DNA from: Candidatus Bathyarchaeota archaeon
Lineage (GTDB): Archaea > Thermoproteota > Bathyarchaeia > Bathyarchaeales > Bathycorpusculaceae
Direction of reading: 5' to 3'
Length of the DNA: 64,000 nucleotides
Assembly: GCA_963832745.1 (NCBI GenBank)
Contig: CAWHVC010000005.1
Location: 288,001-352,000, forward strand
Both the position numbers and the translations under genes were made by a program. Of this stretch, positions 40,540-50,301 are shown in pieces. The notes under the pieces are model-generated. The model was given only the letters and a program-made list of their open reading frames with translations, ran no database searches and was not told the origin of the DNA. Numbering within the stretch: the stretch's first letter is position 1; each line of letters starts with the position of its first letter.

Positions 40540-42393
40540 ATGAAAAATAGAACAGCAGCCTTGAGTTTGATCGCCATATTTTTAGTTGCAACCTTAACTG
40601 GAATACTCACGTTTAACGATGCATCAGCCAATTTTATTCCTGAACAGCAGCCTGAAGGCATACAAATCGGAGGCGGCAGCATCAAGGGTACAGATTTAAT
40701 CCAAAAAGTTAGTGATAACAGTTTCCTCTTGACTGGCGACATTGACCAAACAATCGTGATTATGGGAGACAACATAGTTCTTGATGGGAACGGGTACACT
40801 CTTAAGGGAAACGGGACTGGAACAGGCGTGTTTCTGCAAGCAAAAACAGGCGTCACAATTAAAAACCTCAAAATTTCAGGGTTTGAATACGGCGTTAGAT
40901 CGACTTGGTACTTTTACGGGTCAGACGCCAACCTTAATGGCAACACCGTTTCAAACTGCACATTCACCGGTAACACGGACGGCATCTACATAGGCGATTT
41001 CTCATCAGGCAACAAGTTAACAGGTAACTCCTTATCGAGGAACACTTACGGGATTTACTTAGCTGCCTGCTCCAACAGTTACTTACGCGACAACCACATG
41101 ACCAGCAACGATTTCAACTTTTTTGTCGCCAGCGGCACAATCGCAAACAGCATAAACGACATTGACGAATCCAACACGGTAAACGAGAAACCCATAATTT
41201 ACTGGCAAAACAAGCAAAACCAAACCGTCCCCGCAAATGCAGGATACATCGCGCTTGTTAACTGCACAAAAATGACTATTCAAGACATGGATTTGTCAAA
41301 TAACGGTCAAGCATTACTGCTTTCAGGCGTAACAGACTCCACCATCAAAAACAACAAGATATCTCAAAACCATAACGGCATCTGGCTTGTCGAGTCAGAA
41401 AATAACTGTATAGAACAAAACACTTTTTCAGACAACAGATACTACGCATTGTATGTTTCTAATTCTAACGGAAACACTGTGGTTTCAAACCGTTTTACAG
41501 GTAACGGATTAAAAGGCACGTCTCACGAGCAAGCCTTAGGCAGCACGGGAAAAGCAGCCTTGTACCTTATAACAAGTCACAACAATCAAATAGAAAACAA
41601 TCAAATATCCGGAAACGGCGAAGGCATAAGCATTCAAGCTTCAAACCAGAACACCGTAAAAAGCAACATTTTAGAAAACAATGATGGTTCAACAATTATC
41701 CTGTTTGATTGTGTAAACGATATAATAACAGCCAACACCATCAAAGCTAACAATGGTCCTGGAGTTAAACTGTGGTCAACCAAACAAACAAACGTTTACA
41801 ACAACGACGTTACGGGCAACAGTTTAGGCATACTGCTTGACGGAGCCCAAGAAAACAACATCCACCATAACAATATAGCAGACAACACAGGTTTTGGAAT
41901 GCAACTTAAAAGCGCATCCTTCTACTCAGGAGCCAGCACCAATAACACAATCACCCAGAACAAGTTTATTGATAACCAACCAGACGGCTTAGACGTTTCA
42001 ATACCGGGTACATATGATTGGACACGTATAGAGCCGCAGTATGAAATGGTTCCAGGCCCCGGCAACACTTGGGAAGGCAACTATTGGAGCGATTACCAGA
42101 CACGGTATCCTAATGCCACCGAAATCGGAAACACTGGAGCAGGCGACACACCCTACGTAATCAACGAAAACAACATTGACTATAAACCACAATTTTCGCC
42201 AAGCCAAATCTCAACCTCAACCCCACCGCCGCAAAACATGCAAACACCCGAGGCAACACAAACAATAGATACACAACAAACCCGTTTAGATGCAGATTCA
42301 CCATTAAACCCGCAGTTAATAGTAATAATTGCTGTAGCAAGTGTTATTGCAATTACAGGGTTGCTGATTTACTTCAGGAAGAAAAAAGCATAA
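40540..42393 (+). CDS. NosD/CASH parallel beta-helix surface protein
   Basis: Signal peptide, many GIxL..SNN repeats, GNYWSDY, GDTPY, C-terminal TM + YFRKKK. Confidence 0.88.
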   Translation: MKNRTAALSLIAIFLVATLTGILTFNDASANFIPEQQPEGIQIGGGSIKGTDLIQKVSDNSFLLTGDIDQTIVIMGDNIVLDGNGYTLKGNGTGTGVFLQAKTGVTIKNLKISGFEYGVRSTWYFYGSDANLNGNTVSNCTFTGNTDGIYIGDFSSGNKLTGNSLSRNTYGIYLAACSNSYLRDNHMTSNDFNFFVASGTIANSINDIDESNTVNEKPIIYWQNKQNQTVPANAGYIALVNCTKMTIQDMDLSNNGQALLLSGVTDSTIKNNKISQNHNGIWLVESENNCIEQNTFSDNRYYALYVSNSNGNTVVSNRFTGNGLKGTSHEQALGSTGKAALYLITSHNNQIENNQISGNGEGISIQASNQNTVKSNILENNDGSTIILFDCVNDIITANTIKANNGPGVKLWSTKQTNVYNNDVTGNSLGILLDGAQENNIHHNNIADNTGFGMQLKSASFYSGASTNNTITQNKFIDNQPDGLDVSIPGTYDWTRIEPQYEMVPGPGNTWEGNYWSDYQTRYPNATEIGNTGAGDTPYVINENNIDYKPQFSPSQISTSTPPPQNMQTPEATQTIDTQQTRLDADSPLNPQLIVIIAVASVIAITGLLIYFRKKKA

Positions 42394-42409
42394 CACTAAA
42401 TGCGATTGT

Positions 42410-43369
42410 TTAAGGCCGATACCCACTAAGCGTGCAGAGCGCTAAGGTTGCGGCGGTTATGTCTGCAGTGGTTCCCGGGTTGTAATGGTTTCCGGCTTCT
42501 CGTAGGCTGCGGTCGAATTCGGCTAAAGCTGCCTTGCCCTCTTCGGTTGCTGCGCCGCCCATCGCTAAGACTTTTTTTGCCTGCTCCGAGACTTCTTTGG
42601 CTTTTTCTATTCCCGCTTTTCGGGCAATAAACGTGTCTGGATGCTCAGAAAGGATTTTAAGGAAAGCGTTGACTATGGCGGTGTTTTCGCCAACTTTTGC
42701 TAGTTGCTCCGTCATGTACGGATAAGCCAAACGGAAGGTTATGGGGTAGTTACGTATCCATTCGCTACAGATGTCGTCATAATCTTTGGCTATGTCGAAC
42801 ACTTTGTAAAGGGTGACGTTTTCTTTGATTAGTCGCTGTTTTGAGTTGGGGTCGCTGACGCTTAAGTCGGGTGCCTTGTTTAATCCGCTGGGCATGGCGA
42901 TGTCGATTGCTTCATAAAGGTTAACGGAGTCCATGGCTGTTGTAGCTCGAATTACGGCTTCAATGTTCTTGCGTAAAAACGTGAAATCCATACGGAAATT
43001 TTCGCCGGTGGGAGTCATACCTGCCGCAACTGCGATTGGTGCAAACAACATAACGGTGCCTAAAATCGTGTTGCCGCCATGTTGCCAAGCCATGATGTCT
43101 TTCACGCCAAACTTGATAAGCTCACCTAACCCTGCCTCGCTGATTGGACGCTCGCCTTTGGCTATTTGGATGCCCCTCTCTGCAGCTTCTTGGAACGATG
43201 GCCCAGCAGCTACTGCTGAAGCTAGAAAATGCTCAACATGAGTGCCTTCAAAGTGGGCTGTAAAGTTGACGTTGCCGGGTTTGTCGGCGCTGACTTCAAG
43301 CACTATCGCCAGTTGCAAGCATCGGCTAATGTACTGGGCTTTTTCAGAGTTAGAAGCCATTATTATCAC
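42410..43369 (-). CDS. citG: Triphosphoribosyl-dephospho-CoA synthase family (CitG/Orf7-like)
   Basis: LEVSADKPGNV, NTILG, DTFIARKAG, NPGTTADI. Confidence 0.88.
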   Translation of the reverse strand: MIIMASNSEKAQYISRCLQLAIVLEVSADKPGNVNFTAHFEGTHVEHFLASAVAAGPSFQEAAERGIQIAKGERPISEAGLGELIKFGVKDIMAWQHGGNTILGTVMLFAPIAVAAGMTPTGENFRMDFTFLRKNIEAVIRATTAMDSVNLYEAIDIAMPSGLNKAPDLSVSDPNSKQRLIKENVTLYKVFDIAKDYDDICSEWIRNYPITFRLAYPYMTEQLAKVGENTAIVNAFLKILSEHPDTFIARKAGIEKAKEVSEQAKKVLAMGGAATEEGKAALAEFDRSLREAGNHYNPGTTADITAATLALCTLSGYRP

Positions 43370-43442
43370 GGGTATTTTGAAAGCCTACGAATTGTTTAAA
43401 CGTTATTGTAAGTCAACAAACAATAATTAAGAGGCATAAAGT

Positions 43443-44462
43443 ATGCTGGCACGTGAAGGCGACTTAATCAAGCATAAAAGCAACGTAATTTTTGACGTTA
43501 AAGGCTTAGTTCATCCTGAAGGCAAAATTATAGCATTCCCCCGTTACATTCCCGACCCAAAAGGTCCACGCCACACTGAAGACGTCAGTTACGGCAAAGT
43601 CTACAGCCTCGCAGAACGATTCAAGTTCCTAACAGAAAACCTGCCACACCTAATCATTTTTGATGAAGTCTTAGGCGAAACCATGTGCGAAGTCCCCATT
43701 AACGAAATAATCCAGCATTTTCAGCCGCAAGAAAAACTTGCAGCCCTCCGCACGGGAAAGCCTCAGAACATTTTTGAAACAAAAGCCCTTCAACTTGCCA
43801 CAGACCTCCAACAGGAAGCAGACATTCCATGGAGCGCCATTGGAATTTCAGGGTCAATCCTTGCAGGCTTAACCACCACAACCTCCGATATTGACCCCTT
43901 AGTTTATGGGGAAGAAAACTGCCGAAAAGCTTATGCTGCCATGCAACGCATGCTCAAAAATGGGCACACAAACTTCAAACCTTACACCACCGAGGAACTA
44001 AAAACCCTCTACGATTTTCGTTCAAAAGACACCCACATGAGCTTTGAAGACTTTCAACTCGTTGAGAACCGTAAAGCCTTCCAAGGCATGTACCAAGGTA
44101 CTGACTATTTTGTGCGTTTCGTCAAAGAATGGCCTGAACTACATGAGCAGTATGGCGACGTCTACTACAGCAACGCGGGTTACACAAAAATCACTGCAGA
44201 AGTCAGCGACAAAACCGAGGCACTATTCACGCCCTGCACGTATCAACTGGAAAAGGTCAAAATTGTTAGTGGGCCAAAACTGTCGCCCGTCAAAGAAGTG
44301 TCGTCTTTCCGTGGCAGATTCTGTGAGCAAGCCGAAAAAGGCGAAACAATCACAGCCCAAGGAAAAGTGGAACTGGTGACAAATAAAAAGAGCAGTAGCA
44401 GGTATTATCGTTTGATACTTGGCGGCAAACCTGACGATTACATGGTGCTCGGCGCGGTTTAA
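43443..44462 (+). CDS. Predicted nucleotidyltransferase, COG1665-like (paralogue 1)
   Basis: REGD...VKGLVHP, GISGSILAG...SDIDPLVYG, C-terminal OB-like GKVE. Confidence 0.8.
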   Translation: MLAREGDLIKHKSNVIFDVKGLVHPEGKIIAFPRYIPDPKGPRHTEDVSYGKVYSLAERFKFLTENLPHLIIFDEVLGETMCEVPINEIIQHFQPQEKLAALRTGKPQNIFETKALQLATDLQQEADIPWSAIGISGSILAGLTTTTSDIDPLVYGEENCRKAYAAMQRMLKNGHTNFKPYTTEELKTLYDFRSKDTHMSFEDFQLVENRKAFQGMYQGTDYFVRFVKEWPELHEQYGDVYYSNAGYTKITAEVSDKTEALFTPCTYQLEKVKIVSGPKLSPVKEVSSFRGRFCEQAEKGETITAQGKVELVTNKKSSSRYYRLILGGKPDDYMVLGAV

Positions 44463-45544
44463 TGCAGTGCTTTTAGTACTTGGTCGTAGTAGCGTGGGCA
44501 GTAGGTTAGGGTGATTTGGTAGAAGCAGTTGTCTGGGTTGGGTGATTGGACTTCTTCAAGGTTACCTTCGACAATGATTGTTTCGTCCTTGCGTACTTGT
44601 TGACGGAACTCTTCCATATAAGAGAACACTCGCGTGACTTCTTCTGCACCGCTTGGCCCCTCCAACACTTCCAGTGGCTCGATACCGTAGACTGAAGGAA
44701 TAAATGGTCCATCATCGTCGCTGGTGACGCGTGCTTTGATTTTTGCCCAACCCCGCTTGGTAATACAGCGTCTTGAATCATACTCGTTTATGACTTCGTC
44801 CCAAGCTTTGACCGGTTCAAACTCGGCTTTGATTATTCTGCCGCTATGCTTGCGGTCGTCATATAAGCCGTAGATTTGTTTGCGGCGTTGATGCCAAATA
44901 AAGTCTTTAACGTCAAAATTGGTGAAAAGCCACCGTTTGCCATCCATAACGTGGTCGGAGGAGAATTCGTTGCTTAACCCCGAAGATGGGTCAGCGTAAA
45001 GGTCCTCGAGAGTTTGACACATTTTGGCGTTTTGTTTTTTGCCGTAAATTGTAAAGTCTATGTCGGAGTATTTTGGGTGATGGAAACCATGAAGCATGGA
45101 ACCAAAAACACCGAAATCGGATGTTTGCAGTCCTGAGTTGTCGGTGGCGATTTTAAGTGTGCGTTCCATTGCAGCGAGCAACTCGTCGGTTGGACCTTGC
45201 TTTAGCAACTCAGCCAGTCGTTTCTGTGGTTCATGAACTTCCATGATGTCCTTGTCTTTAACGCCAACTAGTTCGACACCGAGCATTTCGTGGAAAACAA
45301 GGTATTTTGGGTATTTTTTGGCGACAAGCTTCATGCCTTCATCATTATAGAATTTGTAGAAAAGCTCGTTTCTGCCTTCACGGGGCGCTCGGGGGTCGTT
45401 TGATTGGAAAATTTTTGAGGAAGCGTATTCTGCATCGCAAAAATACGCGTTAGGCGGGTGAGAGTAACCGAAAACGCGGAAGAGCAAGCCTTCCTCGGTT
45501 AAGATGCTGTCGCGGTCACGCAGTTTTAAACTGTTGTCGGCCAA
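44459..45544 (-). CDS. Predicted nucleotidyltransferase, COG1665-like (paralogue 2)
   Basis: RDRD...[16 protein letters not shown]...[14 protein letters not shown]. Confidence 0.8.
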   Translation of the reverse strand: MADNSLKLRDRDSILTEEGLLFRVFGYSHPPNAYFCDAEYASSKIFQSNDPRAPREGRNELFYKFYNDEGMKLVAKKYPKYLVFHEMLGVELVGVKDKDIMEVHEPQKRLAELLKQGPTDELLAAMERTLKIATDNSGLQTSDFGVFGSMLHGFHHPKYSDIDFTIYGKKQNAKMCQTLEDLYADPSSGLSNEFSSDHVMDGKRWLFTNFDVKDFIWHQRRKQIYGLYDDRKHSGRIIKAEFEPVKAWDEVINEYDSRRCITKRGWAKIKARVTSDDDGPFIPSVYGIEPLEVLEGPSGAEEVTRVFSYMEEFRQQVRKDETIIVEGNLEEVQSPNPDNCFYQITLTYCPRYYDQVLKALH

Positions 45545-46557
45545 ATGTACTCTTCCTCCGACGTTGCAGTGCCTACGACTACTTGATAGAAGACTTCGTC
45601 GCTTGTGGTGGATTCGACTCTTTCAAGTTTGCCTGCGACTTTTATTTCGCTGCCCTGCTTGGCTATGTTGCGGTAGCAGCCAATGTTTGAAACTACTTGA
45701 ACAGGAATTTTGTCGATTGGCAGTTCGGATTCGGGGTCTTGGGGTTTGTAGCCGCTGATTTTGTAGGTTGCGGGTCGGTACATTGTTTCGCGGTCGCTGC
45801 AGATTGTGGCTTGGAACCGTATTGGGTCAAGAGGCGTATACTTGTATTGACCAAACTTTGTTTTAACCTCGTCGAATTGGCGGGTGGCGTTGTACATGTA
45901 AATTTTGCCTTGATAGCGGCCTTGGAATTTGCGGGCAGCATCCAACCTGTTACCAACAATATAGGTTAATTTGGCGGCGTTAACAAGCCTTTCAACGGCG
46001 GATTCTACCCTGCGGAAATTGTCTGTACCGTAGACGACAAAGTCAATGTCTGAGTGTGGCGCATGCATGTTAAGCGCCAAGGAACCGTGCAAACCCATAT
46101 CGGACAATTCGACGCCTGATTCTTTACTTATTAAAGTGATTAATTCTAAAGCCTTGGCCTGCAAATCATCAAGTTTAGGTAAACTTTGAAGCCAAACAAG
46201 ACGGTCTCGGGGCACAAAAACTTCTTCGATGCGGTTAAGCGGCGCTGTTATGAGTTCTTTGCCGCGATTCTCATCATAATAGAGGTAGTCTGGGAAGTTT
46301 TTGCGGAAGGCTTCAATGAAGGTTTGGTAGTTTTTGGCTGTGTAGAGTTTTTCGGCGCGGAACAGTTCGTTTTTGCCGTAGTGCCAGGTGCGTTCAAGCA
46401 TTTCAACGTTGAACATGTCCTTGTATTTGGCGGGGATGTATTTGAGAAATGCAAACACGCGGTCGCCGGGGTGCTCGTACCCAAACGTGTTCATGATGAA
46501 GCCGTCGGTGGTGACAAAAGTGTCGCCGTCCATCGGAACCCAATTCTTGACTACCAT
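45526..46557 (-). CDS. Predicted nucleotidyltransferase, COG1665-like (paralogue 3)
   Basis: DGD...[22 protein letters not shown]...[14 protein letters not shown]. Confidence 0.8.
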   Translation of the reverse strand: MVVKNWVPMDGDTFVTTDGFIMNTFGYEHPGDRVFAFLKYIPAKYKDMFNVEMLERTWHYGKNELFRAEKLYTAKNYQTFIEAFRKNFPDYLYYDENRGKELITAPLNRIEEVFVPRDRLVWLQSLPKLDDLQAKALELITLISKESGVELSDMGLHGSLALNMHAPHSDIDFVVYGTDNFRRVESAVERLVNAAKLTYIVGNRLDAARKFQGRYQGKIYMYNATRQFDEVKTKFGQYKYTPLDPIRFQATICSDRETMYRPATYKISGYKPQDPESELPIDKIPVQVVSNIGCYRNIAKQGSEIKVAGKLERVESTTSDEVFYQVVVGTATSEEEYIWPTTV

Positions 46558-46724
46558 AAATAATACACGCGTTTAATCAAGGAATTAAAAGATTAAAAAA
46601 GATATTGCAGAAAACCTCAGCCTTGTAATACTAGATGTAGGCTGCTTAATGTTAACATAAGGCTTTTAGGGTTAAGAGACAGAACAGTTGGTAAGCTAAC
46701 AACCAGATTTTTGGATGTAGAAAC

Positions 46725-47714
46725 ATGCGAATACTGATTACTGGAGCCTTTGGAAATGTTGGAAAAACAGTTTTAGAAGAAGCAAGCAGGCGGGCTCATG
46801 AAGTAATAGTATTTGAGGTTGAAAACAAAAAAACCCGTAAAGACGCAAAGAAATTCCGCAGAAAAGTGAAAAAAGTTGTTTTTGGTGACATACGAAACTT
46901 TGACAACGTTAAAGCTGCAGTTCAAGAATGTGACGCGGTAATTCATTTGGCAGCCATCATTCCGCCGTTGTCAAAGAAACTCCGGGAATTAACTATGGAT
47001 GTTAATTACGGAGGCACTGTAAACCTCATAAACGCCATCAAAGAAACCAAACGAAACGTCCCCTTTGTTTTTACTTCTTCAGCAAGCGTGATGGGACCAA
47101 CACAACTCCAAAACTGTCTCGTTAACCGTAACGACCCATTAGTTGTAACTGGAAACTATGAAGAATCAAAAATTAAATGTGAAGAGTTCCTCAAGGAAAA
47201 CGCCGACAACTACCTAATTTTCAGGTTAGCGGGCGTACTTCCACAGTTTTCAGCAACATCATTTGCAGGCTCTTTTTCTTTGTTGGAAGAGCTTTTTGAT
47301 ATGCATCCTGATATGAGGCTTGAAATGGTAATGGCACAAGACATTGCAACCGCTTTGGTTAGAGGAGTTGAAAAACTGCAGGATGGGTCTACGCCAAAAA
47401 ATCAAGCGTACATTTTGGGTGGAGGAGAAAAGAATGGTTGGCAGTTTAGGGGAGGTGAATTTTTGGCTCGCCTGTTTGGGGCTTTGTCGCTTCCTGTGCC
47501 TGACAAAAAATACTTTACGTCAGACATTAACACGTACCATTTAGACTGGTACGATACAACCGAGGCACAGCAGGAATTTTGTTATCAGAATCGCTGTTTT
47601 GAGGATTACTTGAAGAATGTTAAGAAAACGTTTAGGCTTTTCAAAGTGCCGATTATAATTTTTAGGAGATTCATTGTTAAGAGGCTTGTGAAGATGTCGC
47701 CTTACGTTAGGTAA
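46725..47714 (+). CDS. NAD-dependent epimerase/dehydratase (extended SDR)
   Basis: ITGAFGNVG, HLAAIIPP, TSSASV, YEESK. Confidence 0.88.
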   Translation: MRILITGAFGNVGKTVLEEASRRAHEVIVFEVENKKTRKDAKKFRRKVKKVVFGDIRNFDNVKAAVQECDAVIHLAAIIPPLSKKLRELTMDVNYGGTVNLINAIKETKRNVPFVFTSSASVMGPTQLQNCLVNRNDPLVVTGNYEESKIKCEEFLKENADNYLIFRLAGVLPQFSATSFAGSFSLLEELFDMHPDMRLEMVMAQDIATALVRGVEKLQDGSTPKNQAYILGGGEKNGWQFRGGEFLARLFGALSLPVPDKKYFTSDINTYHLDWYDTTEAQQEFCYQNRCFEDYLKNVKKTFRLFKVPIIIFRRFIVKRLVKMSPYVR

Positions 47715-47715
47715 C

Positions 47716-47737
47716 TTTGACTAAATTGTTAGTCAAA
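47716..47737. promoter_or_regulatory. Palindromic operator 1
   Basis: TTTGACTAA-ATTG-TTAGTCAAA, perfect 9-bp arms. Confidence 0.75.
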
Positions 47738-47785
47738 AAATCTCAAATACTTTGACAGACCAATAGCTATTGAGGAAAAAATTGT

Positions 47786-48658
47786 ATGTTTAAGCCTTCT
47801 TCAGCTGTTCCAAACGATTCCCCAGAGCCTTGGACGCCTCAACCTGCAGGCAACGGTTCTAAGCGACGTTTTGGCAAGAAGCTTTACGCTGTAGCCGCAG
47901 CAATACTTGTTATAGTTATTGTCTGTGCTGTTTTGTTTTCTAACTTTTCTGTTGCAACTGTTCCTTTGAGCTTGAATTATGAGGTTGGGGAAAGGATGGT
48001 TTATTATTCTTCATATTCAACTCTTGTTGATGTTGATAATCGAACCCTCAATGTTCCCGGCAGTTACACCACTGAAGGCAACTCTACACTTGCAATTGAC
48101 GTGTTAAGCTTAGATGAAGACACATACACCATATGCCAAACGTTCAACTTGGATATTCTAGGCGTCCCCCGCTCAGTCAACTTGACTCAACAATTAACAA
48201 AAGCAGACTACGTCAACAACTTTTTAATCGGCGATGCGGCACGACTTCTCTATAACCTGACAGGCGACCATTACGACTACTATAAACTTAACTTGTTACA
48301 GGCAAAAATTGGCGACACCCTACAAATCCCAGTTAACACGGGCAACGAAAGCATAGGAAACACTGGCTCACTCACCATCAAGTTTGCCAGCATAGAAGAA
48401 ATCACAGTTCCAGCAGGCACCTTCAAAGTTTTCCGTTTAGACTACAACGCAGAAGTTACAGCTCACGCTAACCTGCCTGGCATTATAAGCATTCCAGAAC
48501 CTATTCCAAGCCAAATAACTGGACAAACCTACCTTGAATACGGAACCTGCCGACTCATCAAATCCGCCGTAACAGAAACCAGCCAAATCTCAGGCACACA
48601 AAGCCGCAACTCCACGTACACGTCAGAAAGAGTTCTAATAAACCTCATCAAACCGTAA
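47786..48658 (+). CDS. Hypothetical single-pass membrane protein with extracellular beta-rich domain
   Basis: TM at about residues 33-52; EEITVPAGTF.VF motif. Confidence 0.75.
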   Translation: MFKPSSAVPNDSPEPWTPQPAGNGSKRRFGKKLYAVAAAILVIVIVCAVLFSNFSVATVPLSLNYEVGERMVYYSSYSTLVDVDNRTLNVPGSYTTEGNSTLAIDVLSLDEDTYTICQTFNLDILGVPRSVNLTQQLTKADYVNNFLIGDAARLLYNLTGDHYDYYKLNLLQAKIGDTLQIPVNTGNESIGNTGSLTIKFASIEEITVPAGTFKVFRLDYNAEVTAHANLPGIISIPEPIPSQITGQTYLEYGTCRLIKSAVTETSQISGTQSRNSTYTSERVLINLIKP

Positions 48659-48675
48659 CACACCCCTTTTTTAGA

Positions 48676-48697
48676 TTTGACTAATTTGGTAGTCAAA
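48676..48697. promoter_or_regulatory. Palindromic operator 2
   Basis: TTTGACTA-ATTTGG-TAGTCAAA. Confidence 0.75.
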
Positions 48698-48732
48698 AAA
48701 CCCTAAAAACAAAAGCCACACAAATAACAAGT

Positions 48733-49488
48733 ATGAGCACTGCAATAGCGGGTCTTCACAAGATACTCAAAGACGAAACCCGCCGCAAAATCATTCTACT
48801 CCTAAACGACAAAGACACCTTAACGTACACTGAACTGCTAGAAGCAACAAAAGCAGGCAGCACTGGACGCCTCAACTACCACCTAAAAATCCTCAGCGAC
48901 CTCCTAACCAAAAACGAAGCTGGACAATACTTGCTCTCGGAGAAAGGCAAAGTCGCGGTGAAACTTATCACCGAGTTCCCACAAGACAGCAACCAAGCAG
49001 CAAAATACCGAAACCAAAAACTTTTGCTTGCCATCGTAGCAGTTGGACAACTTGCATACCTCGCAATTATTTTGGCGTTTTACTTTGCAGGCCAGCTGGA
49101 GCTTTACAGGTTGGCTACAGGCATCAGCACTTTTGCGGTAGGTACAGTTTTCCTGTTTATTATTTACCGCGTTCAAAGGTCAGCGTCTTTACCGGGTGCA
49201 AATGAAGAGACGATTCAGATGAGGTTTGCTTACGTTTGCGGTGGTGTAAGCTTGTTTTTGGGGGTTGCGTTCTTTGGGGTCGGCGTGGTTTTCCGGGTTA
49301 TTTCTGACCTGTCAGGCGTACGCTTCTCAACGGGGAACCCTTTGTATGAAATCCTGTGGAACCCAGTGTACATGACGTTTTCGATGCTGATTGCGCCTAC
49401 CATCGGGGGAATCCTGTTTTACTATTTAGGCAAACACAAAGGATTCAAACGCCCAAAATGGGCTGTTTGGGTAAGAAGACACTTCTGA
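48733..49488 (+). CDS. ArsR-like winged-helix regulator fused to four TM helices (copy 1)
   Basis: LHKILKDETRRKII...STGRLNYHLKIL.DLL.K...Y.LSEKG, then four hydrophobic segments. Confidence 0.85.
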   Translation: MSTAIAGLHKILKDETRRKIILLLNDKDTLTYTELLEATKAGSTGRLNYHLKILSDLLTKNEAGQYLLSEKGKVAVKLITEFPQDSNQAAKYRNQKLLLAIVAVGQLAYLAIILAFYFAGQLELYRLATGISTFAVGTVFLFIIYRVQRSASLPGANEETIQMRFAYVCGGVSLFLGVAFFGVGVVFRVISDLSGVRFSTGNPLYEILWNPVYMTFSMLIAPTIGGILFYYLGKHKGFKRPKWAVWVRRHF

Positions 49489-49502
49489 ATAAAAGGAAGT
49501 TG

Positions 49503-49524
49503 TGTGACTAAGTTTTTCGTCAAA
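49503..49524. promoter_or_regulatory. Palindromic operator 3 (degenerate)
   Basis: TGTGACTA-AGTTTT-TCGTCAAA; same length and position relative to the ATG as operator 2. Confidence 0.65.
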
Positions 49525-49557
49525 AAAAGCTAAATCTAAAAACCCCTAACTAAATGT

Positions 49558-50301
49558 ATGAGCTTTACTATTGACTCCCTGCACAAAATCTTGAAAGATC
49601 AAAACAGAAGCAAAATAATCCTGTTGCTTTCAGAAAATGGCAGTCTAAGCTACAGCAGCCTCATGGACACTTTAGGCTTAAGCAGCACAGGAACGCTAAA
49701 TTATCACCTCAAAATTTTAGGCGACCTGCTAACTAAAAACGAGGCGGGACAGTATGTTCTTTCCGAGAAAGGCAAGCTTGCTGCCAAGATTTTGACCGAA
49801 TTCCCAAATGAAAATGATAAGATGCAAAAGCGCAAAAAACAAAAAAAGTTCTGGACCGTTGCGGCTTTAAGTCAAATTGTCTATTTGTTAGTTGTTTTAG
49901 CGCTTTATTATTTCCACTCTATTGATTTTAGCAGATTAATTATGTCCGCAATAATGTTTGTCGGAAGCATAGGCTTAGCCTATTTGGGTTACACGATGCC
50001 TGACAGAACACCCGAACCGGGCTCTGAAGCGGAAAGAAGAAAATTCAAAAAATTTTACCCAATAGTAGGTGGCTTTGTAGGTTTTGCATCAGCATTTTTT
50101 GGCACCATGTTTGTAACTTTGATTTCCGTGAGGCTGGGTGGACCGAACTTTATGAAAATAATTGATGAACCATTTGAGATTATTGCACTTATTGGAAGCT
50201 TAACAATTGTTGGAACATTATTAGGGTACATTATTGGAAAACGCAACAATTTTGAGAAGCCAAAATGGATAACAAAAACAGATGAAAAATTTGGGTTTTA
50301 A
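49558..50301 (+). CDS. ArsR-like winged-helix regulator fused to four TM helices (copy 2)
   Basis: LHKILKDQNRSKII...STGTLNYHLKILGDLL.K...Y.LSEKG, then four TM segments; tandem paralogue. Confidence 0.85.
   Translation: MSFTIDSLHKILKDQNRSKIILLLSENGSLSYSSLMDTLGLSSTGTLNYHLKILGDLLTKNEAGQYVLSEKGKLAAKILTEFPNENDKMQKRKKQKKFWTVAALSQIVYLLVVLALYYFHSIDFSRLIMSAIMFVGSIGLAYLGYTMPDRTPEPGSEAERRKFKKFYPIVGGFVGFASAFFGTMFVTLISVRLGGPNFMKIIDEPFEIIALIGSLTIVGTLLGYIIGKRNNFEKPKWITKTDEKFGF

Noticed and set aside
40540-42393. Internal periodicity in the NosD gene as a DNA repeat system
   Set aside because: Explained by parallel beta-helix protein repeats.
46606-46620. TGCAGAAAACCT as a seventh repeat copy
   Set aside because: Only about 12 bp match the core, and both arms are missing.
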